DNA of 64,000 bases from Dehalococcoidia bacterium. Lineage in GTDB: Bacteria; Chloroflexota; Dehalococcoidia; Lucifugimonadales; UBA2985. Shown here in pieces: positions 35,651 through 44,238 of this stretch (positions are counted from its first letter, which is position 1; every line of letters starts with the position of its first letter). Where the stretch lies: contig OZ242025.1 in assembly GCA_965204895.1 (NCBI GenBank), forward strand, positions 1,473,621 to 1,537,620, written 5' to 3'. The notes under the pieces were generated by a model, which saw only the letters and a program-made list of their open reading frames with translations, made no database searches and was not told where the DNA came from. The position numbers and the translations under genes are program-made.

Positions 35651-35712
35651 GTCATTCCTGCGAAAGCAGGAATCTAAGGGTGAAGGTCAGAGGTTCCTGC
35701 TTCCGCAGGAAC
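35651..35712. repeat. Two adjacent REP-like hairpins: GTCATTCCTGC-GAAA-GCAGGAATC and GTTCCTGC-TTCC-GCAGGAAC
   Basis: 35651-35674 and 35693-35712, read directly. Confidence 0.7.
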
Positions 35713-35761
35713 GACAATCCTTGAGATCTCCTAGAGCCTCAACAGCAAGGAGGAACAGGAC

Positions 35762-37066
35762 ATGACAAAGCTGCCTCTTGAGGGCATACGAATTCTCGAC
35801 GCAACGGACGTGTGGGCCGGGCCGTACACGTGCACCCTGCTGGGCGACCTTGGCGCGGAGGTCATCAAGGTCGACAGCATTCAGCGGTTCGGCAGCCGCG
35901 GCCAGCTGAACCCGCCCGACGTCCGGCCCGAAGGCACGCCGCCGGTGCTTTGGGCCTACCCCGACGGCGTTCCAAGGACGCCGGGCACCCAGCCCTGGAA
36001 CCGCGCCGCCCTCTACAACGGCATCAATCGCAACAAGCTGGGCATCACTCTGAACCTGCGCGACCCCAAGGGCAAGGACGTCTTCAAGCGCCTGGCCGCC
36101 ATCAGCGACGTGATGATCGAGAACTACGCCACCGGCGTCTTCGCCCGCCTTGGCCTGGGCTACGAAGACCTGAAGGAGGTTAAGGAGGACATCATCGTCA
36201 TCTCCATGCCCCTCTTCGGCAACTATGGGGCCTACTCCCACTACAAGGGGCTGGGCAGCACCGCCGACCCCATCTCCGGCCACGCCACGCTTCGGGGCTA
36301 CCTGGGAGAAGACCCCTCCGGGCTTCAGGGAACCGTCCACTCCGACGCCGTCGCCTCCTCCACTGCGCCCTTCGCCGCCATGGCCGCCATCTTCTACCGC
36401 AACCGCACGGGGAAGGGCCAGTTCATCGACTTCGGCCAGTGCGAGGCGTACATGGGCCACCTGGGCGAGGTCTACCTGGATTACACGATGAACGGCCGCG
36501 TGCAGAGCAGCCGCGGCAACAGGCACGAGTCCGCCGCGCCCCACGGCTGCTACCGCGCCAAGGAGGACGACTCCTGGGTGATCATCGCCGTCACCAGCGA
36601 CGAGCAGTGGGCAGGCTTCTGCCAGGCCATTGGCAACCCGCCCTGGACGCAGGACCCGCGCTTCGCCACGTCCCTGGACCGCCACGCCAACCAGGACGCC
36701 TTGGACGAGCTGGTGGGGCAGTGGACCATCCAGCACGACCACTACGAGATCATGCACCTGCTGCAGTCGGCCGGGGTGCCCGTGGGCCCGGTCCTGGACC
36801 ACGGCGAGGTGTACACAGACCCCCACATCAAAGAGCGCGGCTTCTTCCAGGAGGTCACGCACAAGGAGGCCGGCACCCATCTGTATCCGGGAATGAACTG
36901 GAAGTTCTCCAAGACGCCCGTGAGCATCCGCATCCCCGCCAACTGCCTGGGCGAGCACAACGAGTACGTCCTGGGCAACCTGCTGGGCCTCTCTGAGGAC
37001 GAGATAGCGCAGCTTGAAGCAGACCAGATCATCGGCAAAGAGTACCTGCCGGGGTCAGACCAATAG
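35762..37066 (+). CDS. Family III CoA-transferase (CaiB/BaiF), copy 2
   Basis: MTKLPLEGIRILDATDVWAGPYTCTLLGDLGAEVIKVDS...NRNKLGITLNLRDPKGKDVFKRL. Confidence 0.88.
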   Translation: MTKLPLEGIRILDATDVWAGPYTCTLLGDLGAEVIKVDSIQRFGSRGQLNPPDVRPEGTPPVLWAYPDGVPRTPGTQPWNRAALYNGINRNKLGITLNLRDPKGKDVFKRLAAISDVMIENYATGVFARLGLGYEDLKEVKEDIIVISMPLFGNYGAYSHYKGLGSTADPISGHATLRGYLGEDPSGLQGTVHSDAVASSTAPFAAMAAIFYRNRTGKGQFIDFGQCEAYMGHLGEVYLDYTMNGRVQSSRGNRHESAAPHGCYRAKEDDSWVIIAVTSDEQWAGFCQAIGNPPWTQDPRFATSLDRHANQDALDELVGQWTIQHDHYEIMHLLQSAGVPVGPVLDHGEVYTDPHIKERGFFQEVTHKEAGTHLYPGMNWKFSKTPVSIRIPANCLGEHNEYVLGNLLGLSEDEIAQLEADQIIGKEYLPGSDQ

Positions 37067-37149
37067 GGAATAAATGCTGGCGCATTGCTAGAGACAGAAC
37101 AACCCGTACAACACCCGCCAAAATCCCATATGGAAAGAGCTCCGAGGCT

Positions 37150-39090
37150 TTACGCCGCGTCAGAGACGTGCTCCTCATCGTAGGCAGCCTCTCCAAGCAC
37201 ATCGAACTCCTCTTCATCATCATCAGGTTCCTCTAAGAGCGGTTCAGAATCAGGTATATTCCCGGCTTCTGTTGGCGCGACAATGCCTGCTGAACGCAGA
37301 GAAGCCGCGAAAATTTCGCTTCCTCCTGTTATCTGCTTGCCCATCGCATCACCTATTAACCTGAGCATTGCCTCACCACGTTCGACAAAGCATTCTGCAA
37401 AGTTATCCGTCTCCAGGGACTCTGGATCCAGCCAATGAGTCTGCAACACACTGTCCAATTGATTATTGTCGCCACGCAACTTCGGCAAGTATGTAGACGG
37501 TGCCCTGCCCCCTATGACTTTGTTAGTATGAGAGTCGATTGGGGTTTTGTTGATGATCGAGTTGTACAGACTATCGGGGATTAAGGGCTTCGCGTCCTCT
37601 CTACACCATCTCTTGGGGAATATATGGTGTATATCGATGTTCTGGTCGTTTAGAGTCGCCAGGGTTAAAGATTGCCCTGTCCGCCAATCAGACGCGCCCT
37701 TCTTCATCTGGAGTGCGTACAATCCTTTGTAGGCAGCACTTAGGCGAGTACGCAAGCTTATGAGGCGAGAGGGGGCGAAATTAGCTTCCCTAATCAACGT
37801 GGGCTCATTTCCTTTACGCACGTAATCGGCCACCTCCGGCAGATCACGAGAGTATTGTGTCTCAACTCCGCTCCCGTACATTTCGCCAAACACCCCAGAC
37901 CAGTACCAGTGTTCCAGCCGTGTTCGAGCGTCTGCAGTATCCAATTCTCTACCCAACTCTACGAAAAGAGCAGCCAAAGGTACAATCTGAGTATTATATG
38001 GGATATTTGCCTGAGTAAAGACGAACTGGCTGTGCAAGAATTTGGCAGCTAAGACGAAACCATCTTCCACATGGCTTGCCCATTCTTGGTATTCTTTGAG
38101 AGTCAGTGTAAGAATGTCGGCTCTCTTGCAACCAATACCCGGCAAAGGCAACTGGCGTGATGCAGCCTCCCTTTGTCGTTGCTGTGTAGCCAGCAGGGTT
38201 ACAGCCTGTAAGAAATTGGTTCCATCTATTCCCTGTAGAACTCCGTATGTTGAGTGCATGCGCTTCCGCCGCTCATCCCAGTCATCCCTCAGCCGAAAAC
38301 CTTCAGATGCGAATGTTGCGGTCAACAACTCGAACACCCTTAGGGTAACTCCACCTGTGTTCACTTTCTCAAAAACTGTGCACACCGCCTCTTTTGAGGT
38401 GTCCTTTTCCAAGTTGATGACGGGAATCTGATAGCTGGTAAAGTTCTTAAGAACAGCGTTCTGAAACTTCATAAAGAATTCAAACGCATTGCCAAAGGGA
38501 TGCTCACTGCTACGCTGATTCCAATATTGGGCATAGTTGTATCCCCAGGCAGTGTTGTCCATTACATGCTCAGTCGGCATCATGTGCTTCTTAAATTCTA
38601 GGTCTGCAGAAGATAAATCAAGAATGGTATCCCTTCCAAAGTTAGTTCTCACAATCCGGTCTTCTGGAACGCTAACAAAAGCGTCTTCAGGGTCTGTGTC
38701 AGGATCCAATGCCTTCTGCATATCAATGTAGTACCAGCGCTTGATCACCTTTTTTCCACCAGGTCGATCCCTAGATTCAACCGGCCCTTGATAACGTAGC
38801 GCCTGGAACAGAGATGTAAGCCGTTGCTGTCCATCGAGCAGATAATGGTCGTGGCGAGCGCCGTTATCAAGAGTTACACCCTCTATCGGCCTATTATGAA
38901 ACTGAATGCCTCCATCTGCTGATAGGGTCATTATGGCGCCAACTGGGAATGCCCGAGACACACTTACCAGAAGGCCCTTTATTCGGTCGTCATCCCAAAC
39001 CCAGCCCCTCTGAAAATCGGGCAGTTGAATCTTACCATTCTGTATTCGATCTAGCAGGTCATTCAGGCTCATTGGATTAGTGGTGATCAT
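37150..39090 (-). CDS. GmrSD-family type IV (modification-dependent) restriction endonuclease, DUF262 + DUF1524
   Basis: N-terminal ParB-like DUF262 motif (IQLPDFQRGWVWDDDRIKGLLVSV...FPVGAIM). C-terminal His-Me finger DUF1524 (IDIHHIFPKRW...NKTPIDSHTNKVIG). Acidic tail. AT-richer islet. ATG at 39090 preferred over 39153. Confidence 0.8.
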   Translation of the reverse strand: MITTNPMSLNDLLDRIQNGKIQLPDFQRGWVWDDDRIKGLLVSVSRAFPVGAIMTLSADGGIQFHNRPIEGVTLDNGARHDHYLLDGQQRLTSLFQALRYQGPVESRDRPGGKKVIKRWYYIDMQKALDPDTDPEDAFVSVPEDRIVRTNFGRDTILDLSSADLEFKKHMMPTEHVMDNTAWGYNYAQYWNQRSSEHPFGNAFEFFMKFQNAVLKNFTSYQIPVINLEKDTSKEAVCTVFEKVNTGGVTLRVFELLTATFASEGFRLRDDWDERRKRMHSTYGVLQGIDGTNFLQAVTLLATQQRQREAASRQLPLPGIGCKRADILTLTLKEYQEWASHVEDGFVLAAKFLHSQFVFTQANIPYNTQIVPLAALFVELGRELDTADARTRLEHWYWSGVFGEMYGSGVETQYSRDLPEVADYVRKGNEPTLIREANFAPSRLISLRTRLSAAYKGLYALQMKKGASDWRTGQSLTLATLNDQNIDIHHIFPKRWCREDAKPLIPDSLYNSIINKTPIDSHTNKVIGGRAPSTYLPKLRGDNNQLDSVLQTHWLDPESLETDNFAECFVERGEAMLRLIGDAMGKQITGGSEIFAASLRSAGIVAPTEAGNIPDSEPLLEEPDDDEEEFDVLGEAAYDEEHVSDAA

Positions 39091-39263
39091 CTCTATGCTC
39101 CTTGGACATATGCTCCGCCAAATTATAGCGCAGTCGCTAAAGTGAGTGTACATATCTTCTGAAGTATTGTACTAATTGGAGAATATGAGACACTTCGGAG
39201 TTCCAAACAGCACTATTGTGGTATACACTGCATTCAGGCCGACATACTGAAAGAGACATCGCC

Positions 39264-39608
39264 GTGAAGAAGATTACCATGAGCGCAGACGAGCATCTGA
39301 TTGAAGCCGCGCGCCGCCGGGCCGCGGAAGAGCGCACTACACTTAACGCACAGTTCAGGCTGTGGCTTGCGGACTACGCCGGGCGCGGCCGCCGTTCGGA
39401 TTCTCTCATGGAGACTATAGAATACTTCCGCAAGAACTACGGCGACAGAGTACGAAAGTTCACGCGTGACGAGATGAATGAGAGGTCTTACAGAGAGATA
39501 GCGGAAGAAGATGCTCCCTCATTCGCCTCGCGGTGGCGCGGCCGTTTCCAGCCCGTAGAGCGAGATGACCCTATCTATGACGCGTTAGCCAGGAAGTACC
39601 TCCAATAG
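39264..39608 (+). CDS. Ribbon-helix-helix (CopG/VapB-like) antitoxin-type protein, no adjacent toxin gene
   Basis: (V)KKITMSADEHLIEAARRRAAEERTTLNAQFRLWLADYAG is an RHH pattern. The C-terminal ...DDPIYDALARKYLQ resembles antitoxin tails. Start is GTG 39264 or ATG 39279. Divergent from the GmrSD gene. Confidence 0.5.
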   Translation: MKKITMSADEHLIEAARRRAAEERTTLNAQFRLWLADYAGRGRRSDSLMETIEYFRKNYGDRVRKFTRDEMNERSYREIAEEDAPSFASRWRGRFQPVERDDPIYDALARKYLQ

Positions 39609-39746
39609 CGCTTTAGGCGCTCTCCCATCCGCGCCATCAGCCCGCAAGAGGCGCTGGTGGAGCTGTTCTGAAGCACATCGCCCCTTCACATTTTCTTGAC
39701 ACCCCAGCTGTACGCTCTTCTCCCTGGCGAAATTCGACTTTCCGTA

Positions 39747-39776
39747 TTGCTCATAAGCGTGGATAACGCTTATAAT
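39747..39776 (+). promoter_or_regulatory. Promoter (TTGCTC ... TATAAT) with a perfect 8-bp-arm palindrome ATAAGCGT-GGATA-ACGCTTAT filling the spacer
   Basis: -35-like at 39747-39752, palindrome at 39753-39773, -10 TATAAT at 39771-39776, about 50 nt upstream of the ABC ATPase gene. Confidence 0.5.
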
Positions 39777-39823
39777 TCTGCAATACGTTTGAGCAGGGGC
39801 AGCCAGCCCCCAAGAAAGCAGCA

Positions 39824-40783
39824 ATGCAAGGCACAACCGAAACAACAATGATTGAGGTGAACAACCTCACCAAGTACTACGGCGACTACCCCGCCATCGA
39901 GGGCATCAGCTTCACAGTCAACAAGGGCGAGATTCTGGGCTTCCTGGGGCCCAACGCCGCCGGCAAGACCACCACAATGCGCATCCTCACCGGCTTCATG
40001 CCGCCCACCTCCGGGTCGGCAAAGGTGGCCGGTTTCGACGTGGTGGACAACTCCCTGGAGGCCCGCAGGCACATAGGCTACCTGCCGGAGACCGTGCCCC
40101 TGTACACAGAGATGACCGTGGAGGACTACCTGGACTTCCTGGGCAACATCCGGGGCATGGAAAAGGGCTGGCGGAAGAGGCGAATCGAAGAGGTCATAGA
40201 CATCACGCGGCTGCACGACTACCGGTCGTCCCTCATCGGCAAGCTGTCCAAGGGGTTCCGGCAGCGGGTCGGCATAGCCCAGGCCATCCTCCACGAGCCG
40301 GACGTGCTCATCATGGACGAGCCGACCATCGGCATCGACCCCATCCAGGTGGTGGAGACCCGCAGCCTCATCAAGGGCTTGGGCGGCGAGCACACCCTGA
40401 TTCTCAGCACCCACATCCTGCCGGAGGTCAGCATGGTCTGCGACAGGGTCATCATCATCCACGAAGGGCAGGTGGTGGCAATTGACACGCCGGAGAACCT
40501 GTCCGAGCGCCTCAGGGGGACCGAGCGCATTGAGTTGGACGTGCGCGGGCCGGCCGCCCAGGTCATGACGGCCCTGCGCAACGTCTCCGGAGTGCGGGAG
40601 GTCACACGCACCGGGGAGGGTGACGTCGCGAGCTACTACATCGAGTCCAACACCGGCGCTGAAGTGGCGGAGGAGGTCGCCGGCCTCGTGATTGGACATG
40701 GGTGGGGGCTTCGAAGGTTGCAGCCCATACATATGAGCCTGGAGGAGATCTTCCTGCGCCTTACGGACCCGGAGTCAAGCTAG
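39824..40783 (+). CDS. ABC transporter ATP-binding protein (ABC-2 / GldA-like)
   Basis: Walker A GPNAAGKTTT, signature LSKGFRQRV, Walker B VLIMDEPTIGIDP. The start may be ATG 39848 (MIEVNNLTKYYG). Confidence 0.92.
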   Translation: MQGTTETTMIEVNNLTKYYGDYPAIEGISFTVNKGEILGFLGPNAAGKTTTMRILTGFMPPTSGSAKVAGFDVVDNSLEARRHIGYLPETVPLYTEMTVEDYLDFLGNIRGMEKGWRKRRIEEVIDITRLHDYRSSLIGKLSKGFRQRVGIAQAILHEPDVLIMDEPTIGIDPIQVVETRSLIKGLGGEHTLILSTHILPEVSMVCDRVIIIHEGQVVAIDTPENLSERLRGTERIELDVRGPAAQVMTALRNVSGVREVTRTGEGDVASYYIESNTGAEVAEEVAGLVIGHGWGLRRLQPIHMSLEEIFLRLTDPESS

Positions 40784-41497
40784 ATGAAGAACACCCTCAC
40801 AATAGCCTGGAAGGAGACCAAGACCTACTTTGCGTCGCCAATGGCCTACATCATCATGGCCGTCTACGCCGGCCTGGCGGCATACTACTTCGTAACCAGC
40901 ATCAGCGGCGTGCTGCCGGAGGCCACCGTCAGGGGGTACCTGATTCCCAGCACACTGATATTCGCCCTGCTGTCCCCGGTCATCACCATGCGGCTGCTGG
41001 CCGAGGAGCAGAAGCTGGGCACCCTGGAGCTGCTCATGACGGCTCCCATCCGCGACTATGAAATTGTCCTGGGCAAGTTCCTGGCCGCCCTCGCAAGCCT
41101 GGTGTCCATTCTCATTCCCACTGTGTACCTGGTCTTCCTGCTGTTCCTGTTCGGAACGCCGGACGCCGGCCCCATCCTGAGCGGCTACCTTGGCCTTGTG
41201 CTCTTCGGGATGGCCACCCTGTCGGTCGGGTTGTTCGCGTCGTCCCTGTCCGCCAACCAGATACTGTCCGCGGTTGTTGCAATGGGCATCCTGCTCATAC
41301 TCTCAGTGATAGACCTGGCGTCCACGTACGTCAGCGGCGTCTTTTCGGAACTGGCGCTCCAGATCTCCCTGACAAACCACTTCCAGGACTTCGCCAGAGG
41401 CGTAATAGACACCCACCACGTGGTCTTCTATCTGATCTTCACGGCCTTCCTGCTGTTCCTCACCGTGCGCTCCCTGGAATCCCGGAGGTGGAGATAG
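40784..41497 (+). CDS. ABC-2 type transporter permease (GldF-like)
   Basis: 237 aa, 6 predicted TM segments. The start abuts the ATPase stop (TAGATG). Confidence 0.8.
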   Translation: MKNTLTIAWKETKTYFASPMAYIIMAVYAGLAAYYFVTSISGVLPEATVRGYLIPSTLIFALLSPVITMRLLAEEQKLGTLELLMTAPIRDYEIVLGKFLAALASLVSILIPTVYLVFLLFLFGTPDAGPILSGYLGLVLFGMATLSVGLFASSLSANQILSAVVAMGILLILSVIDLASTYVSGVFSELALQISLTNHFQDFARGVIDTHHVVFYLIFTAFLLFLTVRSLESRRWR

Positions 41498-41498
41498 T

Positions 41499-43229
41499 AT
41501 GCAGGGGGACCGCAGGAGAAGACAGCAGCGACAAAGCGAAGAGCCGCGCGAGAGCCTTGTTACAGGGCTGAAGGCGCGCCTCACGCCCCGGAACATAGCA
41601 ACCACCCTGGTCGACGCCGCGCTCACCCTCTCCCTCGCGGGAGTGGTGGTGCTGATTGGCGGACTGGTGGTATGGCTCACGGTGCCGGAGCTTCGCACCC
41701 CGGGCCTGGTGCTCATCGGCGTCGCCCTTGTGATGCTGGCGATACCGGTTTTGACCCACCTGCGCACGGTGCGGGACGCCCTCACGGCTCGCAGCGGACG
41801 CTACGCCGCCAACACCATAGTGATGGTGGCCGCCTTCATGTTCATCCTGATGCTGCTGGGATTCATCTCCTTCTCCAACTCCTCCCGCATTGACGTCACG
41901 GCCACCCGCCAGTTCACCCTTGCGCCACAGACCGAGAAGATCCTGGACGAGATGGACCAGGGTGTGACCGCCCGGGTGTACACCACCCCGGACGACGCGC
42001 GGCAGGTGCGGATAAAGCGGCAGGCCGAGGACTACCTGTACGAGTTCAACCGACGCAACCGGGACTTCAGCTACGAGTTCATCGACCCCGACCTGACGCC
42101 GGCCCGGGCCAGGCAGGACGGCATAAGCGAGTACCCAACCATTGTCTTTGAGGCGGAGGAGTCGGACCGCAACCCCTATCTCCTGACCCCCTTCTTCTTC
42201 GGGGAGGAGTTCGTGCTGTCGGAGCAGGACCTGGTCAGCGCCATCCTCATCTCCACGGGCGAGCAGCAGAAGGTGGTGTACTTCACCACCGGACACAGGG
42301 AGCGGAACACCGCCGACTCGGAAGAGAACAGCGGCGGCTACGGCTTCGCGCGCAGCGGGCTGCTGGGCGACAACTACGCCGTGAGGACGCTCAACCTGAA
42401 GCAGGTGGAGGCCGTTCCGTCGGACAGCGCGGTGCTGATTATCGCAGGGCCCACCGGCAGCTTCCTGGTGGACGAGCGGGACAAGATTGAGGCGTACCTG
42501 CGAGACGGCGGCAGGGCCATGTTCCTCCTGGACGACGCCGTCAACCCGCAGCTTAACAAGATCCTCAACAACTGGGGCGTGAACCTGCCGGCGGGCACCA
42601 TTGTGGACGTTGGCAGCTCAGTGACCACCGACCCGCGAAGCCCCATCATCCGCCGCGCCGACTACAATCAGGAGAGCCCCATAACCAAGCCCCTGGACGA
42701 CAGCTTCTTCACCCACGCCACGGGCATTCAGGACGTCATCGAGAGGGCGCCCCAGGGCCTGCCGCCCAACCCTGACGAACTGAACATCACCCTGACGCCA
42801 CTGGCGTCCACGTCCATCTTCAGCTGCGTCACCACAGACCCGGACTCCTCCAGCTGCAACCTGGAGGGTGACCTCCCGGGGCCGCACTTCCTCGCAATGG
42901 TGGTTGAGGCGCTCGCGCCCGTTGGGGAGGCTCCCGTCCAGCCAGCGCCAGGGGAGGAGGTAAAGAGGACTTCCATCATAGTCTTCGGCGACTCTGACTT
43001 CGCCTCCAACCAGTTCTACTTCGCCCTCAGCAACAGCGACCTGTTCCTCAACTCGGTGGGCTGGCTGGCCCAGAAGTACGACCTGATCTCCATCAGAGCA
43101 AAGCCCGTGGCCTTCCGCCAGCTCGTGATCGACCAGAGGGAGTTCGACTTCATCCGGTACTCAAGCTGGTTCCTCCTGCCCACCGGCATTGTGCTGCTGG
43201 CGGGCATTGCCTGGTGGCGCAGGCGCTGA
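41499..43229 (+). CDS. GldG-like ABC-transporter auxiliary component
   Basis: 576 aa with N- and C-terminal TM anchors and a large extracytoplasmic domain. The gene order ATPase-permease-GldG-DUF4340 is characteristic. Confidence 0.7.
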   Translation: MQGDRRRRQQRQSEEPRESLVTGLKARLTPRNIATTLVDAALTLSLAGVVVLIGGLVVWLTVPELRTPGLVLIGVALVMLAIPVLTHLRTVRDALTARSGRYAANTIVMVAAFMFILMLLGFISFSNSSRIDVTATRQFTLAPQTEKILDEMDQGVTARVYTTPDDARQVRIKRQAEDYLYEFNRRNRDFSYEFIDPDLTPARARQDGISEYPTIVFEAEESDRNPYLLTPFFFGEEFVLSEQDLVSAILISTGEQQKVVYFTTGHRERNTADSEENSGGYGFARSGLLGDNYAVRTLNLKQVEAVPSDSAVLIIAGPTGSFLVDERDKIEAYLRDGGRAMFLLDDAVNPQLNKILNNWGVNLPAGTIVDVGSSVTTDPRSPIIRRADYNQESPITKPLDDSFFTHATGIQDVIERAPQGLPPNPDELNITLTPLASTSIFSCVTTDPDSSSCNLEGDLPGPHFLAMVVEALAPVGEAPVQPAPGEEVKRTSIIVFGDSDFASNQFYFALSNSDLFLNSVGWLAQKYDLISIRAKPVAFRQLVIDQREFDFIRYSSWFLLPTGIVLLAGIAWWRRR

Positions 43230-43241
43230 TGAGCTGACACC

Positions 43242-44231
43242 GTGAGCGTACGCACGTCGATAATTCTGGTTGTTGCCCTGGTCATGGTGGCCGGCTGGGT
43301 CCTGTTCGTAGAGCTTGGCAGGACGCCGGAGGCGGAGGAGGAGCCACCCTGGTTCTACAACGTGGACATCAACGACATGACGCGCATCTCCATCACTGAC
43401 GGGGACGACCAGGCGAACTTCTACCTGGACGTGGGAGACCGATGGCGCATGGACTCCCCCGACGGCCTGCCGGTTGGCCTGGACCGATGGGGCGGCATCA
43501 CGCTCCTGCTGAGCGGCCCCAAGACCCGGCGCCTGCTGGATGCGGAACCCACCAACCTGGACCAGTACGGCCTGGAATCGCTCGCTACCAGCGTCGTAAT
43601 TGATCTCAGAGACGGGCGTACGATCACCATCCTTATGGGCTTCCCAACGCCGGATGACGTCGGCTTCTACGGCCAGGTTGAGGGGTTCCCCCACCTGTAC
43701 ACAATTGAAGGAGGCTGGAAGACCGTGCTGACCAGGCTGGTCCACGAGCCTCCGTTCCCTGAGTGGTACTACGCCATCAACACAGCTCTCCTCCAGGACG
43801 TCGAAATCGAGACGCCTGACGGGATGGTGGAGCTGAGCATTAACGAAGACAGGGATGGCTGGCATCTCGATGACGAGGAGATGACCCCCGTTGACCAGGA
43901 GCTTATCGATGAGCTTCTGGAGGCGTTGGAGCAGCCGACACAGTCCCACGGGGCATACGGCCCGGTCAACCTTGAGGAGTACGGGCTGGCTGAGCCGTCC
44001 CTGACGCTGCTGCTTCGCACCACTGAGACCCGGCCGGACGGCGTGAGGTTCATCTCCACAACCATCTTCCGGTTCGGGGACGCCACGGAGGACGGCTCCG
44101 GCTACTACGGCCAGGCGCAGCGCGAGGAGATCATCCATGACCTCTTCGTCGTTGAGGCCGACTGGTACGACAGGCTTCAGGACGTAGCGTCCCGGCTTCC
44201 CCTCTCCAGCGCCGCCGACCAGGGGAGCTAG
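43242..44231 (+). CDS. DUF4340-like membrane-anchored protein
   Basis: N-terminal TM (IILVVALVMVAGWVLFV). The position after the gldG-like gene is typical of DUF4340. Confidence 0.6.
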   Translation: MSVRTSIILVVALVMVAGWVLFVELGRTPEAEEEPPWFYNVDINDMTRISITDGDDQANFYLDVGDRWRMDSPDGLPVGLDRWGGITLLLSGPKTRRLLDAEPTNLDQYGLESLATSVVIDLRDGRTITILMGFPTPDDVGFYGQVEGFPHLYTIEGGWKTVLTRLVHEPPFPEWYYAINTALLQDVEIETPDGMVELSINEDRDGWHLDDEEMTPVDQELIDELLEALEQPTQSHGAYGPVNLEEYGLAEPSLTLLLRTTETRPDGVRFISTTIFRFGDATEDGSGYYGQAQREEIIHDLFVVEADWYDRLQDVASRLPLSSAADQGS

Positions 44232-44238
44232 AGGCGCC

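Noticed and set aside
34401-36958. Long minus-strand ORFs (34401..35543 and 35687..36958) antisense to the two CoA-transferase genes
   Set aside because: Low-complexity translations with no motifs. The sense-strand products are clear CaiB/BaiF family members.
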